A stretch of 64,000 bases of DNA, taken from assembly GCF_051961875.1 (NCBI RefSeq), contig NZ_JBQCCV010000125.1, positions 36,915-100,914 on the forward strand, written 5' to 3'. This document shows, piece after piece, positions 48,325-58,297 of the stretch (positions within the stretch are counted from its first letter, which is position 1; every line of letters starts with the position of its first letter). Source of the DNA: Intrasporangium sp. (lineage in GTDB: Bacteria; Actinomycetota; Actinomycetes; Actinomycetales; Dermatophilaceae). The position numbers and the translations under genes are program-made. Below the pieces are notes generated by a model. It did not search any database, was not told the origin of the DNA, and saw nothing but the letters and a program-made list of their open reading frames with translations.

Positions 48325-50295
48325 TCACCAGTAGCCCTCCTCGTGGTCGGCCATCATCTCGGTGGCCAGCCACGCCTCGGGGATGCCGAAGGCGTCGACG
48401 AGCCGGCGCGCGTCGGGCCGCAGCCGCTCGCAGAGGTCGTTGACCGTCGCCGTCAGAGCCTTGGTGCGGGCCGGGCTCAGCCGGTCGTGCTCGAGGTACC
48501 AGTCCTTGTGCCGCTCGATGGTCGAGAGGGCGTGCAGGTCGCACAGCCGGTCGAGCAGGCTCCGAGCCTCGCCCGGCGGGCACGTCTCCACGGCGGCCGC
48601 AAACGCCTCGAGGACGACTCGCTCGACGTGCGCCCGGGCCGTCTCGACGAGGTGGTCCTGGCACCGGTTGAAGGCGTTGAAGGCGTCGGCGTGGGAGTCG
48701 CTGACCCGGCGCAGCCGGATGGCTAGGGTCTCGACGAGGTGCTCCTCGCGGTCCCGGACGAGGCGCAGCTGGGAGCCTCGGGTGGTGAACGGCGTCTCGT
48801 CCGGGCGCCCGGGCGCCGCGTCGATGATCTTCTGGACCAGCCCACGGACCGCCGAGCGCTCGAGGACGGTGCCCGTGGTGAGCCGGGCACCGAAGCGGAT
48901 GATGCCGAGGGTGTCGAGGTCGCCGAACGTCTCCTGGTAGTCGCCGAGCAGGCCCTTGGCCACGAGCTGGAGCAGGACGGTGTTGTCCCCCTCGAACGTC
49001 GTGAAGATGTCGGTGTCCGCCTTGAGGGATGCGAACCGGTTGGCCCACATGTAGCCGGCGCCACCGCACGCCTCCCGGCACTCCTGGATCGTCTCGGCGG
49101 CGTGCCACGTCATGAGGGCCTTGATGCCGGCCGCCCGTGCCTCGAGCTGGCGCTGGTCCTGCTCGGTCGTCGCCCGACCGCTGAGGACGTCGTCCATGGC
49201 GGACACGAGCTCGCTCTGGGCGAAGCCGAGGGCATAGCTCTGGGCGAGGCGCGGCAGCAGCCGTCGCTGGTAGGTGCGGTAGTCGAGCAGGCGGACCTCC
49301 TCGGAGCTGTTCGGCTTGGCGAACTGGGTGCGCTCGTCGCCGTACCGGATCGCCAAGGTAAGGGCACTCCGGGCGGCGGCGCCGGCGGCGCCGCCGACGC
49401 TGATCCGGCCCCGGATGAGTGCGCCCAGCATCGTGAAGAACCGTCGACCCGAGCTGGCGATCGGGCTGCGGTAGCGGCCCTCCTCGTCGATGTCGCCGTA
49501 GCGGCCCAGCAGGTTGGTGCGCGGGACGCGCACGTGGTCGAAGAGAATCCGGCCGTTGTCGACTCCGTTGAGCCCGAGCTTGGGACCGCAGTCGGACAGG
49601 GTGACTCCGGGCCGGGGCGCGCCGCTGTCGTCCCGTATGGGTACGAGAACGCAGTGCACGCCGTGGTTCTCGTCGCCCACGAGGAGCTGGGCGAAGACGG
49701 CGGCTACCGTCGCGTCCCGGGCCGCGCCGCCGATGTAGTCCTTGCGGGCCCCGAGGGCGGGGGAGTGCACGACGATCTCGTCGCTCTCCGGGTCGTAGGT
49801 GGCGGTGGTGAGCAGGCCCTGCACGTCGCTGCCGTGGGCCGTCTCGGTCATCGCGAAGCAGCCGAGGAGCCGTCCGGAGATGATGTCGGGCAGCATCGCC
49901 CAGTGGCGCTCGGTCCCGAGGAGAGAGACCGCCCCACCGAAGAGCCCCCACTGGACTCCGGCCTTGACGAGGAGCGAGAGGTCCGCATGCCCCAGCATCT
50001 CAAGGGCGGTCACCGAGTCGGCGTAGCGTGCCGTGCCGCCCTGCTCGACGGGGAATCCGCCAGCTGGCCAAGGGGTTTCGGCGAGTCGCGCGAGCTGCTG
50101 CCGCACCCGTGCCCGGTGGGACTCCATGTCGAGAGGCTGCCCGGGCGGGGCGAACAGCTCCGGCTCCAGCTGTCGGCACTGGTCGCGGACGTCGCGGCGG
50201 GTGCCGTCGAGGAGTGCCTGGAGCGCGTCGACGACAGCATCGGCGAGGGGCTCGGTGTGTCGGGGGGCCTGCGCCGAGGTGGCGGGTGCGGTCAT
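48325..50295 (-). CDS. Acyl-CoA oxidase/dehydrogenase
   Basis: GVQWGLFGG, GCFAMTE..HGSDV, K.GLNGVDNG, CREACGGAG, TTFEGDNTVL. Confidence 0.9.
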   Translation of the reverse strand: MTAPATSAQAPRHTEPLADAVVDALQALLDGTRRDVRDQCRQLEPELFAPPGQPLDMESHRARVRQQLARLAETPWPAGGFPVEQGGTARYADSVTALEMLGHADLSLLVKAGVQWGLFGGAVSLLGTERHWAMLPDIISGRLLGCFAMTETAHGSDVQGLLTTATYDPESDEIVVHSPALGARKDYIGGAARDATVAAVFAQLLVGDENHGVHCVLVPIRDDSGAPRPGVTLSDCGPKLGLNGVDNGRILFDHVRVPRTNLLGRYGDIDEEGRYRSPIASSGRRFFTMLGALIRGRISVGGAAGAAARSALTLAIRYGDERTQFAKPNSSEEVRLLDYRTYQRRLLPRLAQSYALGFAQSELVSAMDDVLSGRATTEQDQRQLEARAAGIKALMTWHAAETIQECREACGGAGYMWANRFASLKADTDIFTTFEGDNTVLLQLVAKGLLGDYQETFGDLDTLGIIRFGARLTTGTVLERSAVRGLVQKIIDAAPGRPDETPFTTRGSQLRLVRDREEHLVETLAIRLRRVSDSHADAFNAFNRCQDHLVETARAHVERVVLEAFAAAVETCPPGEARSLLDRLCDLHALSTIERHKDWYLEHDRLSPARTKALTATVNDLCERLRPDARRLVDAFGIPEAWLATEMMADHEEGYW

Positions 50296-50315
50296 CGGAT
50301 CCTCCACGGATGCTG

Positions 50316-50999
50316 TCAGGTCGGTCGGGTGTCTGGTTCGGGAGCTGCGGGCGGCTCGGCCAGCATCGGTCCGAGCCCGTGCCAGGCGAGGTCGGTCAGC
50401 ACGTCGACGACATCGGCCCGGGGCAGCCGGTCCGGGGACGAGAGCCAGTCGTCGGCGACGGCCTGGACCGAGCCGACCAACGCGAGGGCCCGGACACGGG
50501 CACGCCGGGCATCGGCGGCGAAGGGCACGGCCGACAGGAGCAGGTCGACGACTCGGTTCGTCGTCGCCTCCACGGGGTCGTCTGCGAGGGGGCGGTCCAC
50601 CAGCGGCCTGTTGACGACGAAGCGGTAGACCTCCGGATCCGACTCCACGAGCGACAGGTAGGCCTCGACCGTCGAGGCGACGACCAGGCGCAGGTCCTCG
50701 GAGTGGCCCATCGAGGACAGCGCGGCGGCGACGTGCCGGTAGACGCGCTGGTCGATCCGGTCGGCCACAGCCTGGTAGAGGCCGGCCTTGTCTCCGAAGT
50801 GGCGGTACACCACGGTCTTGCTCGTCGCGGCCTGGCTGGCGATGTCGTCCATGCCGACGCCGGCCCCATGGGTCCGGATCGCGCGGATCGTGGCGTCGAC
50901 GAGCTCGGACCGGCGTTGCTCCCGGTGCTGCTCCCATCGGGTGTCCCGCCCGTCGCGGGACGGGCCGGACCGGGGCTCACCGGGCGTGGGCAGGCTCAT
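50316..50999 (-). CDS. TetR/AcrR family transcriptional regulator
   Basis: DGRDTRWEQHR..RR, MDDIA..A.TSKTVVYRHF.DK. Confidence 0.9.
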   Translation of the reverse strand: MSLPTPGEPRSGPSRDGRDTRWEQHREQRRSELVDATIRAIRTHGAGVGMDDIASQAATSKTVVYRHFGDKAGLYQAVADRIDQRVYRHVAAALSSMGHSEDLRLVVASTVEAYLSLVESDPEVYRFVVNRPLVDRPLADDPVEATTNRVVDLLLSAVPFAADARRARVRALALVGSVQAVADDWLSSPDRLPRADVVDVLTDLAWHGLGPMLAEPPAAPEPDTRPT

Positions 51000-51083
51000 A
51001 GCACCGAACGTAGCAGGGACTCGGTGTATCGGCTACCGTGAGTACCGGTTACCCATTCTCCCGCCCGCAGTCAGGAGTGCCCC

Positions 51084-52394
51084 ATGCCGCAGACCAGCCC
51101 GCGCCCGCCCCGGCGCGCCGCCATCCTCGGTGGCAACCGGATCCCCTTCGCCCGCGCCCAGGGCGCCTACGCGCGGGCCTCCAACCAGGACATGCTCACG
51201 GCCACCCTCGACGGGCTGGTCGCCCGGTTCGGCCTCGCCGGCGAGCGGATGGGCGAGGTCGTCGCCGGGGCGGTCCTCAAGCACAGCCGGGACTTCAACC
51301 TCACTCGGGAGAGCGTCCTCGGCAGCCAGCTCGACCCGCACACCCCGGCCTACGACATCCAGCAGGCCTGCGGCACCGGTCTCGAGGCGGCGATCCTCGT
51401 CGCCAACAAGATCGCGCTCGGACAGATCGAGGCGGGCATCGCCGGGGGGACCGACACGGCGAGCGACGCGCCCATCGCTGTCTCCGAGGGGCTGCGTGAG
51501 ACGCTCCTCGCCGTGAACCGCGCCAAGTCGGTGCCCACCCGGCTCAAGGCGCTTGCCGGACTGCGTCCCACCGACCTCGTCCCGTCCATCCCGCAGAACG
51601 TCGAGCCTCGGACCGGGCTGTCGATGGGGGAGCACATGGCGCTCACGGCGAAGGAGTGGGGGATCTCGCGAGAGGCGCAGGACGAGCTGGCCGCAGCCAG
51701 CCACCAGCACCTCGCTGCCGCCTACGAGCGCGGGTTCTTCGACGACCTGGTCACGCCCTACCTCGGGCTGACTCGGGACAACAACCTCCGCCCCGACTCG
51801 AGCGTCGAGCAGCTCGCCAGGCTGAAGCCCGTCTTCGGCAGGGGCGCGGACGCCACGATGACGGCGGGCAACTCGACCCCGCTCACCGACGGCGCATCGG
51901 CGGTCCTCCTCGCGAGCGAGGAGTGGGCGAGCGAGCACCGCCTCAGCCCCCTCGCCTGGTTCGTCGACGCCGAGACCGCCGCGGTCGACTACGTCCACGG
52001 CCACGAGGGGATGCTGATGGCCCCGGCCTACGCCGTGCCCCGGCTCCTGGCACGAAACGGCCTGAGCCTGCAGGACTTCGACTTCTACGAGATCCACGAG
52101 GCCTTCGCGTCCACGGTGCTCGCGGTGCTCAGCGCGTGGGAGGACCCCCGGTTCTGCAAGGAGCGCCTGGGGCTCGACGCGCCGCTCGGCTCGATCGACC
52201 GCGAGCGGCTCAACGTCACCGGCTCGTCCCTCGCGACGGGCCACCCCTTCGCCGCGACCGGCGGACGCATCGTCGCCACCCTCGCCAAGCTGCTGCACGA
52301 GAAGAAGCAGCAGGAACCGGACCGCACGGTTCGGGGCCTGATCTCCATCTGCGCTGCCGGCGGGCAGGGCGTCACCGCGATCCTGGAGGCCTGA
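51084..52394 (+). CDS. fadA2: Acetyl-CoA C-acetyltransferase (FadA2-type thiolase)
   Basis: GGNRIPFAR, QQACGTG, GNSTPLTDG, EIHEAFA, GHPFAATG, ICAAGGQG. Confidence 0.9.
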   Translation: MPQTSPRPPRRAAILGGNRIPFARAQGAYARASNQDMLTATLDGLVARFGLAGERMGEVVAGAVLKHSRDFNLTRESVLGSQLDPHTPAYDIQQACGTGLEAAILVANKIALGQIEAGIAGGTDTASDAPIAVSEGLRETLLAVNRAKSVPTRLKALAGLRPTDLVPSIPQNVEPRTGLSMGEHMALTAKEWGISREAQDELAAASHQHLAAAYERGFFDDLVTPYLGLTRDNNLRPDSSVEQLARLKPVFGRGADATMTAGNSTPLTDGASAVLLASEEWASEHRLSPLAWFVDAETAAVDYVHGHEGMLMAPAYAVPRLLARNGLSLQDFDFYEIHEAFASTVLAVLSAWEDPRFCKERLGLDAPLGSIDRERLNVTGSSLATGHPFAATGGRIVATLAKLLHEKKQQEPDRTVRGLISICAAGGQGVTAILEA

Positions 52395-52397
52395 CCC

Positions 52398-53714
52398 ATG
52401 ACAGACCTGTTCACGACGATCATCACCTCGCCCGTCGCCAAGATGGCCGGAGTGCCGCAGCCCACGCGCCTGCGCCGGTACGAGCCCGGTGGACCCCTCT
52501 GTGACGGCCCCGTTCTCGTGGCCGGAAGCGGCCCGTATGTCGCTGAGCTCCGTCAGTGGGTCGGTGCCGCCGGCATTGCGCTGGCCGAGGCGAACGACGC
52601 CGCGACCGACAAGATCGGTGCCATAGTCGTCGACCTCAGCGACGCGACCGACCCCGGTCAGCTCGAGCTGCTGAGGACGCTCGGGCCTGCGGTCAAGCGG
52701 CTGCGGACGAACGGCCGCGTCGTGGTGGTGGGAACCGACCCGACGACGCTGACCGACCCGGCCCACGTAGCGACCCAACGTGCGCTGGAGGGCTTTGTCC
52801 GCTCCCTCGGCAAGGAGCTGCGCGCCGGAGCCACGGCCAACCACGTGCTCGCACGCGGCACGGCCAGCGACGGGCTGCGTTCCGCGGTCGAGTTCTTCCT
52901 ATCCGGCCGCTCCGCCTACGTCGACGGCCAGGTCGTCCGCATCGACGAGACCAGGGGCAGCAACCCGACCGGCGAGCAGCCCCTCGCGGGCAAGGTCGCC
53001 GTCGTCACGGGCGCCGCACGCGGCATCGGTGCGGAGATCGCCAAGGTCCTGGCGCGCGACGGGGCGACGGTCGTGGCGGTCGATGTGCCCGCCGCGGGCG
53101 AGGCCCTCGCCGCCGTCGCCAACCAGGTCCGCGGCACGACGCTCCCGCTCGACGTCACCTCGCCCGAGGCCGGTGCGACGATCGTGGAGCACGCCCGGTC
53201 CAGGCACGGCGGCCTCGACATCGTCGTGCACAACGCCGGGATCACTCGCGACAAGCTGTTCGTCAACATGGACGAGTCGAGGTGGCAGAGCGTCATGGAC
53301 GTCAACCTGCGCTCCATCCTCCGGATGAACGAGGCGATCCTCGGGGAGGGCGGCCTCGGCGACGGCGGCCGAGTGGTGTGCCTGTCCTCGATGGCCGGCA
53401 TCGCGGGCAACCGTGGACAGAGCAACTACGCGGCGAGCAAGGCCGGCGTCATCGGCCTCGTGACCGCCACCGCGGCGGCGGTCGCCGACCGGGCGATCAC
53501 GGTCAACGGGGTCGCTCCCGGCTTCATCGAGACCGAGATGACGGCACGGATCCCATTTGCCACGAGGGAGATCGGCCGCCGGATGAACTCGCTTCAGCAG
53601 GGCGGCCAGCCCCGGGACGTCGCGGAGACGATCGCCTGGCTCGTCCAGCCAGGAGCGGCGGCGGTCAACGGCCAGGTGATCCGCGTCTGCGGCCAGAGCA
53701 TGCTCGGAGCGTGA
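52398..53714 (+). CDS. fabG4: 3-oxoacyl-ACP/CoA reductase (FabG4-type, extended N-terminus)
   Basis: N-terminal domain with SAYVDGQ, then TGAARGIG, HNAGITRDK, NYAASKAG, RVCGQS.LGA. Confidence 0.88.
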   Translation: MTDLFTTIITSPVAKMAGVPQPTRLRRYEPGGPLCDGPVLVAGSGPYVAELRQWVGAAGIALAEANDAATDKIGAIVVDLSDATDPGQLELLRTLGPAVKRLRTNGRVVVVGTDPTTLTDPAHVATQRALEGFVRSLGKELRAGATANHVLARGTASDGLRSAVEFFLSGRSAYVDGQVVRIDETRGSNPTGEQPLAGKVAVVTGAARGIGAEIAKVLARDGATVVAVDVPAAGEALAAVANQVRGTTLPLDVTSPEAGATIVEHARSRHGGLDIVVHNAGITRDKLFVNMDESRWQSVMDVNLRSILRMNEAILGEGGLGDGGRVVCLSSMAGIAGNRGQSNYAASKAGVIGLVTATAAAVADRAITVNGVAPGFIETEMTARIPFATREIGRRMNSLQQGGQPRDVAETIAWLVQPGAAAVNGQVIRVCGQSMLGA

Positions 53715-53718
53715 CCGG

Positions 53719-54597
53719 ATGACGCGCGAAATCGTCCTCGAGGGGCCACCGGACCTGCGGCGGATCTATGCCACGGCGGCGCTGAAGCGGGGGGCTGACC
53801 GCGACCGGTTGCCGGAGCTGCGCGTTGTGCGGCCCGGCGTCAGCGTGGACTCGGACAACCTCGTCAGGTACGCCCGGGCCTGCGGCTTCACCCTCACCGA
53901 GCGGTTGCCGCTGCCCTATCCGCACCTGCTCGGCTTCCCGCTCCAGATGGTCGTGATGAGCCAGCGCGACTTCCCGCTCCCGCTCGTGGGGTCCGTGCAC
54001 GTCGAGAACGTCATCACGGTCAACACGTCCCTCACGCTGGCGGATTCGCTCGAGGTGGCGGTTCACGCGGAGAACCTGCGCGCGCACCCGAAGGGCCGCC
54101 AGGTCGACCTCGTGACAGAGGTGAGCACCCACGGCGACGTCGCGTGGCGAGGCGTGAGCACCTACCTCGCCCGGGGTGCGGAGCACCCGGACGCCGAGGC
54201 ATCCGAGCCACCTTCGCTCGACGGGCTAGAGGGCGTCCGGTCGGGACCGACGTGGCGCTTCTCGGCCGGGACGGGCCGGATGTTCGCCGGTATCGGCGGC
54301 GACTGGAACCCCATCCACGTCCACCCGATCCTGGCCAAGCCGCTGGGATTCCCGACCGCGATCGCCCACGGCATGTACTCCTACTCGCGCTGCGTCGGGG
54401 CTCTCGCGCCGCGCCTGCCCGGGTCGGGGATCACGAGTCACGTCTGGTTCCGCAAGCCGATCCGGCTGCCGTCGACGGTCCGGCTCCGGACCGCCTTCGA
54501 GGACCACCGCACGCTCTCCCTCCTCGAGGGCGTCAAGGGCGAACTGGACCACGCCGTCCTCGAGCACACCTGGGCCGGCGCCGGACCCGGACGCTAG
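53719..54597 (+). CDS. MaoC/hot-dog hydroxyacyl dehydratase (HtdX-like)
   Basis: YPHLLGFPLQ, GGDWNPIH, F...IAHGM; standard partner of fadA2-fabG4. Confidence 0.87.
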   Translation: MTREIVLEGPPDLRRIYATAALKRGADRDRLPELRVVRPGVSVDSDNLVRYARACGFTLTERLPLPYPHLLGFPLQMVVMSQRDFPLPLVGSVHVENVITVNTSLTLADSLEVAVHAENLRAHPKGRQVDLVTEVSTHGDVAWRGVSTYLARGAEHPDAEASEPPSLDGLEGVRSGPTWRFSAGTGRMFAGIGGDWNPIHVHPILAKPLGFPTAIAHGMYSYSRCVGALAPRLPGSGITSHVWFRKPIRLPSTVRLRTAFEDHRTLSLLEGVKGELDHAVLEHTWAGAGPGR

Positions 54598-54608
54598 CCC
54601 TTCCCTAC

Positions 54609-54805
54609 CCAGTCGAGTGAGCGGTCCGCCTCAGGCGCAACACCGTCCGGTGTGACTGGAGGGACTGGGCGCTCACTCGACGGGGAAGTGCTGGGGCTGG
54701 TGGGAGCGGGTGCTCACTCGACGGGGAAGTGCTGTGGCTGGTGGGAGCGGGTGCTCACTCGACGGGGGAGTGCTGGGGCTGGTGGGACTGGGCGCTCGCT
54801 CGACG
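54609..54805. repeat. 41-bp tandem repeat (about 3.5 copies) plus an inverted partial copy
   Basis: Unit GCTCACTCGACGGGGAAGTGCTGGGGCTGGTGGGAGCGGGT starts at 54671, 54712, 54753 and 54794 (partial). CCAGTCGAGTGAGCG at 54609-54623 is the reverse complement of the unit head. Confidence 0.85.
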
Positions 54806-54813
54806 ACGGAGGT

Positions 54814-55809
54814 TCACTCGTAGAGGATGTACTCGGGCTCCGGCTGGAGCGCGAGGACCTGCTTCGGGGTCATCAACGTGCCCTGGCGGCGGTCCTCCTC
54901 GTAGAAGAGCTTGAAGCCGGCGTGGACGGCCTTGGGCAGGTTCCGGACCAGCTTCCGGTAGGTCTGCTCCTTCATGCCCCGGGTGCCGATCCCGTCGACG
55001 GACTTGACGACGACGACGCCGGGGTGGCTCCCGATGGCGGACTCGCCCCGGACCACCGAAGGTGCGAGCTGGTGGAAGACGAGGACCTTCTCCGGCAGGT
55101 CGTGCTGCTGCACGACTGAGGAGAGGTAGCGCGCGACCGAGTCGATCTCCTTGCCGGTCGTGTGCCCGAAGACCTTCATCGGCACCTCTCGGGGACCCAT
55201 CTCCCACTCCGGATCGAGCGCCACGCCGACGTCGGGCTCCTTCAGCCACTTCGCGTAGGCCTTGACCTCGGTGAGGAAGTCGGCGCGGCCGGGCTGGATG
55301 TTGAGCAACAGGATGCCCTTGACCTTCCGTGCCGCGGCGAGGTGCCGGGCGATGACCGAGTCCGAGCTCCTCATGCGGTACATCCCGTCGGAACCGGGGC
55401 TGCCCTGGACGACGGTCGCAATGAGCTCGAGGACGGGCAGGGCGGCCCGGCCACCCGCATACGGCCGCCCCACCTGCTCGAGCTCCCGGGCGCGGTCGTC
55501 GAGGTTCCCGATGCCGAGCCGTCCGAGAGCCGCGGACCCCGGCCGGCCGGCGAAGCCGACGAGCCGGTAGTGCGGGAAGACGGCGCGGCCGCCCCGGGGC
55601 AGCTGCACCGCGGTCGCCGGTGCAGGGGCCGCAGTCCCCGAGTTGGCAGGCAGAGGGGAAGCGGGTGGCGGCGTGGAACTCGACTGCGCGCCGGTCGTCG
55701 ACCGGCCGGACGGATGCGCCCCCGGCGACGCGCCCGGCCCATCGCCGCATCCAGCTGCGACCAGGACAGAGAGAAGTGCTGTAGCGAGGACGACCGTACG
55801 GCGTCCCAT
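54814..55809 (-). CDS. Putative lipoprotein of unknown function
   Basis: [21 protein letters not shown] lipobox; Pro/Ser linker; globular domain ([26 protein letters not shown]). Confidence 0.75.
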   Translation of the reverse strand: MGRRTVVLATALLSVLVAAGCGDGPGASPGAHPSGRSTTGAQSSSTPPPASPLPANSGTAAPAPATAVQLPRGGRAVFPHYRLVGFAGRPGSAALGRLGIGNLDDRARELEQVGRPYAGGRAALPVLELIATVVQGSPGSDGMYRMRSSDSVIARHLAAARKVKGILLLNIQPGRADFLTEVKAYAKWLKEPDVGVALDPEWEMGPREVPMKVFGHTTGKEIDSVARYLSSVVQQHDLPEKVLVFHQLAPSVVRGESAIGSHPGVVVVKSVDGIGTRGMKEQTYRKLVRNLPKAVHAGFKLFYEEDRRQGTLMTPKQVLALQPEPEYILYE

Positions 55810-55975
55810 GCAGGACCTCCACAAACCGACAACAGAGCGACCCGCACGAGCGGGTCACCCAGCAGGGTACGTCCTCGCCGGAACGGTTTCACGGGCCGCC
55901 ACGCCCAGTGGATACGCTTGGGCGGTGCCGCCGTGGGCGGCATACCCCATCCTCATCACGCAAGGAGCCACACCC

Positions 55976-57970
55976 GTGTCTGCAGAGATCACCGTCACCG
56001 TCGCCGGAAGCGAGCGATCGGTGGCGGAGCAGACGACGGCGGCCGAGCTGTTCAAGCAGATCGGACGTGACGACCGCGACATCGTCGTGGCGCGCGTCAA
56101 CGGGGCGCTGCGCGACCTCTTCCACGTCTTGGGCGAGGGCGACGTCGTCGAGCCGGTCACGGTCGACAGCGAGGACGGCCTCGCCGTCCTGCGGCACTCC
56201 ACCGCCCACGTCCTCGCCCAGGCGGTCCAGCAGGTCAACCCGGACGCCAAGCTCGGCATCGGCCCTCCGATCCGCGATGGCTTCTACTACGACTTCGACG
56301 TCGACGAGCCGTTCCAGCCCGAGGACCTCAAGGCCCTCGAGAAGGCCATGCAGAAGATCGTCAACGAGGGGCAGACCTTCCAACGGCGTGTCGTCACCGA
56401 TGACGAGGCCCTGCGTGAGCTCGCCGACGAGCCGTACAAATGCGAGCTCGTGGGCCTCAAGGGCGGCGCCGGCGATGCGGCCGAGGGCGCCAGCGTGGAG
56501 GTCGGGGCCGGTGAGCTGACCATCTACGACAACATCCGCCGCGACGGCACCCGCGCGTGGGGCGACCTGTGCCGTGGGCCGCACATCCCGAGCACCAAGC
56601 TCATCGGCAACGCCTTCAAGCTGATGCGATCCGGAGGCGCCTACTGGCGTGGGTCGGAGAAGAACCCCCAGCTGCAGCGCATCTACGGCACCGCCTGGCC
56701 CACCAAGGACGAGCTCAAGGCCTACCTCGACCGGCTCGCGGAGGCCGAGCGGCGCGACCACCGCAAGCTTGGCGCGGAGCTCGACCTCTACTCCTTCCCC
56801 GACGAGCTCGGGTCGGGCCTGGCCGTCTTCCACCCCAAGGGCGGGGTCATCAAGCGCGAGATGGAGGACTACGTCCGCCGGCGGCACATCGAGGAGGGCT
56901 TCCAGTACGTCGGAACCCCGCACATCAGCAAGGACGGCCTGTTCCACACCTCCGGCCACCTGCCGTACTACGCCGAGACGATGTTCCCGCCCATGGAGAT
57001 GGAGGGCGCGGAGTACCGCCTCAAGGCGATGAACTGCCCGATGCACAACCTCATCTACAAGTCGCGCCAGCGCTCCTACCGTGAGCTGCCGCTGCGCTTC
57101 TTCGAGTTCGGCTCGGTCTACCGCTACGAGAAGTCGGGCGTCGTCCATGGCCTGACCCGGGTGCGGGGCATGACGCAGGACGACTCGCACTCCTACGTCA
57201 CCCGTGAGCAGGCGCCGGGGGAGGTCCGCCACCTGCTCGACTTCGTCCTGTCGCTGCTGCGCGACTTCGGCCTCAACGACTTCTACCTCGAGCTGTCCAC
57301 CCGCGACACCGAGGGCGACAAGAAGGACAAGTTCATCGGCTCCGACGAGCAGTGGGAGGACGCCACCAGGATCCTCGAGCAGGTCGCCACCGAGACCGGG
57401 CTCGAGCTCGTGCCGGACCCGGGCGGCGCCGCCTACTACGGTCCCAAGATCTCCGTCCAGGCGCGTGACGCCATCGGGCGGACCTGGCAGATGTCGACGA
57501 TCCAGTACGACTTCAACCAGCCGGAGCGCTTCGGCCTCGAGTACCAGGCCGCGGACGGGTCACGGCAGGAGCCGGTCATGATCCACTCGGCCAAGTTCGG
57601 CTCGATCGAGCGGTTCCTCGGTGTCCTCGTCGAGCACTATGCCGGCGCCTTCCCGGTCTGGCTCTCGCCGGTCCAGGTGCTCGGCCTGCCGGTCGCCGAG
57701 GAGTACGCCGACTACCTGGGCGAGGTGCTCGCGCAGCTGCGCCGCAAGGGCGTGCGGGTCGAGCTCGACGCGAGCGACGACCGCTTCCCGAAGAAGATCC
57801 GCAACGCCTCGAAGTCCTAGGTGCCCTAGGTCCTCATCGCCGGTGAGGTGGACCGGGCCGCGGGTGCCGTCTCGTTCCGGTTCCGGGACGGGTCCCAGAA
57901 GAACGGGGTCCCCGTCGACGACGCGATCGCCGAGATCCTCCAGGCGATCGAGTCCCGCGCCCAGGTGTGA
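55976..57970 (+). CDS. thrS: Threonine--tRNA ligase, interrupted by two in-frame TAG codons (57818-57820, 57827-57829)
   Basis: [55 protein letters not shown]. Conserved anticodon-domain sequence continues after the TAGs to TGA 57968-57970. Confidence 0.93.
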
Positions 57971-58040
57971 ACCGGCCCCCCGGCGACGACTTTCCGCGAA
58001 AACCTTGCGCGGGGACGAGAACGGGGGTTCAATCAGACCT

Positions 58041-58183
58041 ACCGAACCGCTTCGGCGGATCGGATTCCTCAATCGCTGTAGCGAATGAGGAACAGAAGGC
58101 CCGGGAACTCATACTTCCCGGGCCTTCACCTTCCGTCTTGCACCGGCCCTGCGGCTCTCACACCCGCAGGGCCGTCTGCTTTC
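58041..58183 (+). ncRNA. Putative structured small RNA with four consecutive hairpins
   Basis: Stems at 58042-58063 (UUCG loop), 58065-58092, 58095-58127 (13 bp perfect) and 58145-58173 (10 bp perfect). Candidate promoter TTGCGC-N17-TTCAAT at 58005-58033. Confidence 0.55.
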
Positions 58184-58297
58184 TCCGCCGCCCTGCCGCA
58201 GCGCCGGTGCACAGGGCCGGGCCAGATCGCGCAGGAGCGGGCAGGATCGGGTAACGGGAACCTGATCGGGTACGGGCCGGCGACCAGGAGGTGCCGC

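Noticed and set aside
51000-51083. TetR operator between tetR and fadA2
   Set aside because: Only weak imperfect inverted repeats; cannot be supported without comparative data.
54609-54805. CRISPR array
   Set aside because: Units are contiguous tandem copies with no unique spacers, and there are no cas genes in the window.
5286-55975. Long N-terminal extensions in the track suggesting fusions (e.g. 5286-7208, 16363-18549, 48325-50937, 13897-15918, 55643-57820)
   Set aside because: They result from choosing the first upstream start in stop-poor frames. Downstream starts with an RBS or stop/start overlap fit better.
55810-55975. T-box or other riboswitch upstream of thrS
   Set aside because: No T-box consensus (AGGGTGGNACCGCG) or AGTA box seen, and the leader is short.
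57818-57829. Genome-wide TAG reassignment or pyrrolysine
   Set aside because: At least five genes here end at TAG at natural C-termini, the two TAGs sit at different expected residues (K and F/Y), and no pyl genes or CUA tRNA are visible.
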